A stretch of DNA of 64,000 nucleotides from Verrucomicrobiota bacterium. Its GTDB lineage: Bacteria > Verrucomicrobiota > Verrucomicrobiia > Limisphaerales > SIBE01. A program made the translations under genes and the position numbers. Under the pieces are notes generated by a model. The model was given only the letters and a program-made list of their open reading frames with translations, searched no databases and was not told where the DNA came from. The stretch covers positions 32,842-96,841 of the forward strand of contig JACQWK010000220.1 in the NCBI GenBank assembly GCA_016209525.1, given 5' to 3'. Shown piece after piece: positions 57,969-64,000 of this stretch; within the stretch, counting starts at the first letter, position 1; each line of letters begins with the position of its first letter.

Positions 57969-58850
57969 TTAACGCGCGGGACAGGGAGACCTGACAGCGA
58001 GGATTTGGCTGTGCGGCTCGCCTTCGCTGGCGCCGCTGTAGAAACCGACCAGGGTGCTGGGTGGAAAATAGAAGACATCGCCTTCCGTGCATTTATATCG
58101 TGCCTCTTTCCCGTCCGGCGTCTGTCCGGCGACCATTTCGCCCCGGCCTCTTAACACGTAGTAAATCTCCTCTTCACGCGTGTGGCGATGCGGGATGTTG
58201 GTTCCGCCGGCGGCGAAATCCATGAGGAAGAGGCTCGTGATCTGGGTTCCGGCCGCAATTTTGTCCCGAGTGCTGCGGCTGTTCCCGAGGAGCAATTTGA
58301 ACTGGGTTGTCGGCCCGTGTTGTCCCAGCACTTGCTGCGGCACGTCATCGGCATTGGCGATCATGAGCTTGGGCGGCACAGACGCCCGCGCGCCTTCAGG
58401 AATCCAGTAGCCCATGATCAAGACACGCAGAGGCCGGTCGGATGAGTTGGAAAGCTGGCGCTTGATCCCAACGGGCAGGTACATGAAATCGTTCTGCTCA
58501 AGGGAGGCTGTTTCATCGCCGTAATGCAGAACGCCGTTGCCGTTGAGCACGAAGCAAGCTTGTTCCTCTTTCTCGCAACTGACCATCTTCGTGTCTCCGC
58601 CGGGGTCCACGGTCAGTTCGCCGTACCGGGCGATTCCTTTGAGGATGCCAGTTTGTTCATCGCCGAGGCCGAAGATGGGCCGGTAGTGCGCCTTATCAGT
58701 CGTCAAGTCGTCGGGCTTTTCCTGGACTTGGGAGACCGTCCGCTTCAGATACACGGGTTCGGCTGCCTGTGCGGGCAAAACCAAGCTCGCCATGATCAGG
58801 AGGACAAGACCGTGGAATGGGGGTCGATGAGAAATATCATTCATGTGCAC
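57969..58850 (-). CDS. Secreted bicupin protein
   Basis: Signal peptide LVLLIMASLVLPAQA. Two cupin cores: ACFVLNGNGVLHYGDE..DFMYLPVG and IPHRHTREEEIYYVLRGRGEMV..GDVFYFPP. Confidence 0.75.
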   Translation of the reverse strand: MHMNDISHRPPFHGLVLLIMASLVLPAQAAEPVYLKRTVSQVQEKPDDLTTDKAHYRPIFGLGDEQTGILKGIARYGELTVDPGGDTKMVSCEKEEQACFVLNGNGVLHYGDETASLEQNDFMYLPVGIKRQLSNSSDRPLRVLIMGYWIPEGARASVPPKLMIANADDVPQQVLGQHGPTTQFKLLLGNSRSTRDKIAAGTQITSLFLMDFAAGGTNIPHRHTREEEIYYVLRGRGEMVAGQTPDGKEARYKCTEGDVFYFPPSTLVGFYSGASEGEPHSQILAVRSPCPAR

Positions 58851-58863
58851 AGTTGAGTATTTC

Positions 58864-60258
58864 TCACCTTGAACCAGCCTCGTTCACAAGTTCGCCGTGC
58901 TCGTTGAGGTGCACCCAAGGTCCGCCGTGATTGTACCAACTGCCGTTGCGAGCGATGATGCGCTTCTTGACGGCTTCCTCTTTGGTCATGGGCTGATCGA
59001 ACTCCGGCGTGGGCTCGAAGTAACCCGCCTTGTAGATATAGCGCGGCTCGCGCAGATACTTCCGGACGGCCTCGTCATTTAGTTCGATGCCGAGCCCCGG
59101 TTTCTCCGGCACGCTGTAGCAGCCATCCCGAATGAGCGGCTTCTCAATTCCGGTGACCAGGTTTTCCCACCAGGGAATGTCCATCGCGTGATTTTCGATG
59201 CTCACGAAATCGCGAAGGGTGCAGGCGCAATGGACGCTCGCCATCGCTCCCACGGGCGACCCCGCATGATGGAACATCGTCTTGATCCCATACCGGTGCG
59301 CGTAATCGGCGATCCGCTTCGTCTCCAGCAACCCGCCGGAGGTTTCCATGTCGCAGTGGATCATGTCCACGGCGTTCTGATTGATGAAGGGGCGGAAACC
59401 GTCGAAACCGAAGATGTCCTCGTAGCCAAGCGTTGGCGTGGGTGAGCCGTCGGTGATTTTCTTCATATTCTCGACGGCGTTGGCGGAGAGGAACGGGATC
59501 ACGTCTTCAATGTAGGCCAAGTTTCGCGACGGTTTGGCCATGGCCACGCCCAGAAGAATCCCCGATTCAACCGTCATGCGCCCGAAGTGATCGGCGCCGA
59601 GAGTGATGCCAGGTCCGATGGCGGCTCGGATCGTCTCGACATATTCGCCCCAATAATCCATGCCGCGCGCGGTGGGAATGCCATTCTCGAGAGCTCCGGC
59701 CTTCCCGCGGAGCAGCACCGGGCGAAGGTCCATCTTCAGGTTCTTGAGCTTCCACGTTTCGACGCGAATCTTGGCGCGGCGGGCATAGATCGCCTTGTCT
59801 TCGTTGGCGTCGGTGTCGCCATAAACGGGAATTTTGTCCGTCAACTTGGTTCCGAGAAGTTTGTAAGCCGGGACTCCCAACGCCTTCCCGGCGATATCAA
59901 ACAAGGCCATATCTACCGCGCTAAATCCGCCGCCGGAGCGCCCGTGCCCGGCCCAAGGCCGGATGGTCTCGAGGATACCTTCGATATCGAGCGGATCTTT
60001 GCCCACGAGCAGGGGCTTCAGGACCAGCGCCTCGCCCAAGTAGCCCGCGTCGCGGACCTCCCCAAGGCCGTAGATGTCCTGGTTCGTGTAAATCTTGATG
60101 ATCGGGTAATCGTAGTTGGCGGCGACGGTGCAGCCGCGGATGTCGGTAATCCGGAGGTTGGTTGGTCTCGAATAAGCCGTGAGGGGATTGATGGCCAGGC
60201 CGGTCCACATCATTCCTGCAAAGCCCGCGTTGGTCCTGAGAAACTCGCGTCGATTCAT
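58864..60258 (-). CDS. Enolase-superfamily (mandelate racemase / muconate lactonizing enzyme-like) protein with Tat signal
   Basis: MNRREFLRTNAGFAGMMWTGLA, then ITDIRGCTV..IKIYTNQDIYGLGEVRD..GKDPLDIE..ALFDIAGK. ORF runs 58864..60357; ATG 60258 gives the RR leader. Confidence 0.8.
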   Translation of the reverse strand: MNRREFLRTNAGFAGMMWTGLAINPLTAYSRPTNLRITDIRGCTVAANYDYPIIKIYTNQDIYGLGEVRDAGYLGEALVLKPLLVGKDPLDIEGILETIRPWAGHGRSGGGFSAVDMALFDIAGKALGVPAYKLLGTKLTDKIPVYGDTDANEDKAIYARRAKIRVETWKLKNLKMDLRPVLLRGKAGALENGIPTARGMDYWGEYVETIRAAIGPGITLGADHFGRMTVESGILLGVAMAKPSRNLAYIEDVIPFLSANAVENMKKITDGSPTPTLGYEDIFGFDGFRPFINQNAVDMIHCDMETSGGLLETKRIADYAHRYGIKTMFHHAGSPVGAMASVHCACTLRDFVSIENHAMDIPWWENLVTGIEKPLIRDGCYSVPEKPGLGIELNDEAVRKYLREPRYIYKAGYFEPTPEFDQPMTKEEAVKKRIIARNGSWYNHGGPWVHLNEHGELVNEAGSR

Positions 60259-60307
60259 GTGCCCGCTCCTTCCTGCCGGTGAATGTTTTTTCGCCGTGTG
60301 TCTTGAC

Positions 60308-60340
60308 TGAAATCTCAAATTTGAAATCTCAAATTTCAGA
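60308..60340. repeat. Tandem/palindromic GAAATCTCAAATTT element overlapping the sensor-kinase stop codon
   Basis: TGAAATCTCAAATTTGAAATCTCAAATTTCAGA. The last residues of the kinase (..SEI*) are encoded by it. Confidence 0.6.
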
Positions 60341-63300
60341 GGGCCGGCCCGATTCACGTTCTGCGCAGGCGCTTTTGACTCGCCCCTGATCCAGGCATTC
60401 GCGAATCGTGTCGAGCAAGGTTTGGGGGAGGTATGGCTTCGGCAAGTAACTAACGCCTTCTCTAAAATGGAACCGCCCGCTGGACAGCTCCTGACTGTAG
60501 CCGCTGGTAAAAATCACTTTCAGATGCGGCGCTTCGCGTTGGAGGATTTCGGCCAGTTCAAACCCGGAAATCCCTCCGGGCATCACCACGTCCGTCAGCA
60601 ACAAATCGATCTGACCTGCTTGGTTGCGCCAGATTTGTTCCGCTTCAACGGCGGTTTGGGCGGCAAAGACTCTGTACCCGCTGCTGGTCAGGAAATCCTG
60701 AAGCAGGGCGCGGACCGATGCTTCGTCTTCAACCAACAGAATTCTCCCGTTGCCGAGCCGCATCGACCGAGCCGCCGCGAGGGGAGGCTCCGCCGCTTGC
60801 TGCTCGGAACACGGCGGCAAAAAGATTTGGAAAGCCGTTCCTTGGCCGATGGCGCTCTTCACTTGAACCCAGCCCGAATGCTGTTTGACGATCCCATAAA
60901 CCGTGGCCAATCCCAGACCCGTGCCCTTGCCAATCTCCTTGGTCGTGAAGAAAGGCTCGAAAATGCGGGGGAGCATCTCGGGCGGAATGCCGCAGCCGGT
61001 ATCCGACACTTCGAGCACAACCGCCAACCCCTGCCGTGCCTCCGGATTCTGTTGGGCCGCCGCTTCGCTGATTTCCACGCGGCCGGTGGCGAGGCGGAGA
61101 CGGCCTCCGTGCGGCATGGCATCGCGCGCGTTGACCGTCAAATTTAACAGGACTTGTTCGAGCATGGTTCGGTCGCCTCGCACCGGCGGCAAATCGCGCT
61201 CGCCACTGAACTCCAGCTCAATCTGTTCACCGAGGACGCGCCCCAGCATCTTCATCAACTCGCGCGTCACTTCGTTCAGATCCAGAACCCGAAGTTGCAT
61301 CCGCTGTTTGCGGCTGAAGAACACCAACTGGCGCGTCAGGGTCGCCGCGCGATCGCTGGCTTCAAGAATCGCCGTCGCCAGGTTGGCCTGCGCCGGGCTG
61401 GTCTGCTCGTCCGAGACGAGGAGCGATGCGTTGCCTTGGATGATGGTCAGGATGTTGTTGAAATCATGAGCCACACCTGCGGCGAGTTGGCCTACCGATT
61501 CCATCTTTCGCGCCTGCTGGAGTTGATCGAGTTGTTGCCGGATCACTTCGGTTTGCTTCCGGACGCGCCGACGCAAGGCCATCGCCCACCCCAGCGCGAG
61601 CGCCAAAACTCCGGTCATTCCTCCCACCACCGCGAAGACACGCTGCAAGGACCACCAGGACGGCGCGCGCAGCAGTCCAAGATCAGCCAAGGAAGGGACC
61701 AACAGCCGGAACGACCGGACCTCGCGCCACTCATCCACTTGGAGTTGGCAAATGCCGGTCACTTGCAGAAGGCTGCCGGCGCGGAATGGCTTCAGTTCGG
61801 CTGTGGTCTGCGGCGTCTCGGCCATCGCCTTGAAGATAATGCCCGCGTCTTCCAAAACCAATTCCAGCGTGTTCGGTCCGGAGAGACTTTCGATCAGCCG
61901 GGCCTGGAGGCGCACACGCTGGGCATCATTGGTGCCTTTGAGCAAGACACTCGCGGCCGCCTCGACGGGAGCCGGCAGCGTTCCCGGGCCCAGATGTTTG
62001 AATTGCACTTTGTCAAGCATCGGTGTGTATCCGCCCACCACCGGAAATCCCAATGCGTCCACGAGTTCGCCAACTTGGACCTCATTTGTCCGTCCAGCCT
62101 GGATGCGGGTGCCGCCGCTGTCGTCCTGAAGATAAACGGAGCCGTCGGGCCGGACCAAGGTGACGACGCCCCGAACGCGCACGCGGTGTTCGAAGATATC
62201 CTGCGGCGTGAAACGAAGCAGGTCCCGGATCGGAATAGCACCGGCCGCGAAGGGATCTTCCGGGCTCGTGCGCAGAAACTCTGCCTGAGACCAATCCGGC
62301 ACATGAAGGTTGATCCCGGTCAGTTGCCGGTAAACGTTCGCCAAGACGCCGCAGGCGCCTCGCACCTTCAGTTTGGAATCAACCAGCCGAGGCTGCAGTG
62401 CGCCCGGCGGCGGCACGGGCACGGTCACCTGAAACGGCCCGGTCGGCGCCTTGAGTTGCAGGATCCAATGCCGGCCATTGACCTCGACCGAGCGCACGAC
62501 GCCGATCTGCTCGATCCATTGGCTGTCTTCGCGTCCGGTGGTCAGATTCTCCAGAGAGATTCGCTTCGCCTCGGGCCATTGACCCGGCCCGAGCACGCGC
62601 AGTTTCACTCGGGTAACCATGGGCGCATAGCCGCCGGGATCGCTCGCGCCGGAGACTTCGATCTGCTGGCCGGTTTCCAGCAAGAATTCCTGGTCCGCCG
62701 AATCGACGTAAATCCCGCCGGTCTGGTCGTGCATGAACAGCACGCGCCACTCGCGGTCGTAGTAGGTCGCGACGCCGTTCAAGTGAACCGGATAGCCGCG
62801 GCGGGCCTCCTCCGGCGAAAGATTCCGCAGCTCCTGCACCGTGCGCAAAACCGGCAATTCAGATTGGGGCATCGACGGCGTCGAGGAAGAGGTGTCGCCC
62901 AGGACTCGAAAGACGCCGGCCTGCAAAAACGGCTGGCCGTCTTCGCCCAGGCGCGGAAAGCCGGCAATGTCGAGCAAGTCCCCCGGCCGCGTCTGCGTGC
63001 GCAATTCCGATCGTACGAGAATCGATCCCGAATCATCCTGAACTCGAAGCCATTCGCCGAGTTGTTGCTCAAGCAACCGGCCTCGAACATGCAGACGCCG
63101 GAGGTCCGGCCCGCCGAAATTGGGAGCTTTGACTCGCTCCTTCACCTCGGCAACCCGCGTGACGGGCAGTTGCAGCGGATCCCCCCGTTCGCGCTCCAAC
63201 ACGACCAGATCCTCCAAGGACGGGACAAAGAATTTCAGCGGCCGCGGCTTGGTTGGGTCCGGCTGCCAGGAGGCATTGACGCCATGGACGATCACGACAG

Positions 63301-63886
63301 CGTTGTCGAGATCCGAGAGATTCTCCATGCGGAATTCGCGCACAATCACTTCGGCGGTATGGCGGGCATCGAGTTGGATTTGCAGGCGCAGCCGGTTGTC
63401 CACGTTGTCCCTCGCTTGGATCAAGCCGCGGATGGCGACGCGACGGTTCATGGCCACCCCATTCGTCAGAGAGTCAATTCCCAAAAAGACGGGCTCCGGC
63501 AGCGCGGCTTGTCCAACCACCTTGAAGCGCACATTGGCAAAATCCGGACCGTTGTTCTTCACACCGCTCACGGCCTCCAAATCCACCAGATCACCCGGCC
63601 GAGCTTCAGGCTGGGCCTCGGCCAGATAAAAGTACATCGCATCGCTCGCGTCCTGCAGATACAGGATGCGCCAGCGTGGATCACAGTAGAGCACGGTCCC
63701 GCGCAACCGAATGGGATATCCCCGCGCGGCCTCATGCGGCTTCAAGGAATAGAGCTGTCGGATGCTGGTGATGACAGGAAAGGCCGGCGCTTTTGATTCG
63801 CTGGCCGAAGGCACGGTTGGGACCGCAAAGGCACACGCCAGCCCTACCCACCAAAAACGCTCGCGCCACGGGGCGATGCTATTCAC
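60329..63886 (-). CDS. Hybrid sensor histidine kinase / response regulator with about 700-aa repetitive periplasmic domain
   Basis: HisKA region [17 protein letters not shown]. HATPase_c motifs [11 protein letters not shown] and [20 protein letters not shown]-terminal REC domain [26 protein letters not shown] segment [22 protein letters not shown]. Confidence 0.92.
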   Translation of the reverse strand: MNSIAPWRERFWWVGLACAFAVPTVPSASESKAPAFPVITSIRQLYSLKPHEAARGYPIRLRGTVLYCDPRWRILYLQDASDAMYFYLAEAQPEARPGDLVDLEAVSGVKNNGPDFANVRFKVVGQAALPEPVFLGIDSLTNGVAMNRRVAIRGLIQARDNVDNRLRLQIQLDARHTAEVIVREFRMENLSDLDNAVVIVHGVNASWQPDPTKPRPLKFFVPSLEDLVVLERERGDPLQLPVTRVAEVKERVKAPNFGGPDLRRLHVRGRLLEQQLGEWLRVQDDSGSILVRSELRTQTRPGDLLDIAGFPRLGEDGQPFLQAGVFRVLGDTSSSTPSMPQSELPVLRTVQELRNLSPEEARRGYPVHLNGVATYYDREWRVLFMHDQTGGIYVDSADQEFLLETGQQIEVSGASDPGGYAPMVTRVKLRVLGPGQWPEAKRISLENLTTGREDSQWIEQIGVVRSVEVNGRHWILQLKAPTGPFQVTVPVPPPGALQPRLVDSKLKVRGACGVLANVYRQLTGINLHVPDWSQAEFLRTSPEDPFAAGAIPIRDLLRFTPQDIFEHRVRVRGVVTLVRPDGSVYLQDDSGGTRIQAGRTNEVQVGELVDALGFPVVGGYTPMLDKVQFKHLGPGTLPAPVEAAASVLLKGTNDAQRVRLQARLIESLSGPNTLELVLEDAGIIFKAMAETPQTTAELKPFRAGSLLQVTGICQLQVDEWREVRSFRLLVPSLADLGLLRAPSWWSLQRVFAVVGGMTGVLALALGWAMALRRRVRKQTEVIRQQLDQLQQARKMESVGQLAAGVAHDFNNILTIIQGNASLLVSDEQTSPAQANLATAILEASDRAATLTRQLVFFSRKQRMQLRVLDLNEVTRELMKMLGRVLGEQIELEFSGERDLPPVRGDRTMLEQVLLNLTVNARDAMPHGGRLRLATGRVEISEAAAQQNPEARQGLAVVLEVSDTGCGIPPEMLPRIFEPFFTTKEIGKGTGLGLATVYGIVKQHSGWVQVKSAIGQGTAFQIFLPPCSEQQAAEPPLAAARSMRLGNGRILLVEDEASVRALLQDFLTSSGYRVFAAQTAVEAEQIWRNQAGQIDLLLTDVVMPGGISGFELAEILQREAPHLKVIFTSGYSQELSSGRFHFREGVSYLPKPYLPQTLLDTIRECLDQGRVKSACAERESGRPSEI

Positions 63887-64000
63887 CGAAGAAGAGATGC
63901 TTCAACGTTGTGTCCGTGCGATGGCCGTCTTCTGCACGGCCGAACCGGACTTATTCAAGTTTCTACCGGAACTGGCTGCGATTGGCCAGAACTTTGCAGC

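Noticed and set aside
61154-63796. 880-aa plus-strand ORF
   Set aside because: It is antisense to the hybrid sensor kinase, whose HisKA, HATPase and REC motifs are unambiguous on the minus strand. The plus-strand translation has no motif and a skewed Arg/Gln/His composition.
63896-64000. Possible 5' end of a plus-strand gene (MLQRCVRAMAVFCTAEPDLFKFLPELAAIGQNFA..)
   Set aside because: Only about 35 codons are visible. There is no recognisable motif or RBS, so it cannot be supported.

Overview
GC-rich 64-kb chromosomal segment. By inference it comes from a Verrucomicrobiota/PVC-type bacterium. The grounds are four prepilin-like H-X9-DG (DUF1559-like) paralogues, two giant lamin-tail-domain/CotH proteins, and very dense REP-like palindromes whose pseudo-translations give the LTPALSP..GER, EISNLK, ITD..ITD and LQICAT motifs. 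I saw no rRNA, tRNA, CRISPR array, integrase or transposase.

Layout:
- 1-3.5 kb: exopolysaccharide export genes (Wzc-like, found by manual translation and absent from the ORF track; Wza-like; OM barrel).
- 3.7-6.8 kb: three prepilin-like genes.
- 7-12 kb: HD hydrolase, pyrE, a frameshifted AGE-family gene, a UbiD-family decarboxylase with a palindromic element inside its CDS, and a toxin-antitoxin remnant.
- 12.5-17.1 kb: LTD/CotH giant number 1.
- 17-28 kb: housekeeping genes (Tat aldo/keto reductase, kdsB, pyrG, NTase-fold gene, folC, HAD, sdhCAB).
- 28.2-37 kb: minus-strand haem-copper oxidase cluster (cupredoxin-like, ctaA, ctaB, ctaD, ctaE, coxIV, two mini-TM ORFs, ctaC, SCO, DUF420).
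- 37-38.9 kb: ribH and ribBA.
- 39.4-45.2 kb: LTD/CotH giant number 2.
- 45.2-56.9 kb: an accessory, partly decayed island, the most interesting part of the window. It holds an orphan four-gene operon of uncharacterised proteins (two paralogues carry a helicase-associated-like module, one split by an in-frame TAG), about 1 kb of stacked REP hairpins, a TIR-WH-TPR gene lacking any NTPase domain, a truncated DMFase-like gene, an AT-richer TM plus methyltransferase-like cassette, and a GH9 gene with an internal deletion.
- 57-64 kb: prepilin-like gene, bicupin, Tat-exported enolase-superfamily enzyme, and a large hybrid sensor kinase.

All calls rest on reading the sequence and ORF translations by eye and on remembered family signatures. 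No database search, alignment statistic or composition calculation was run.
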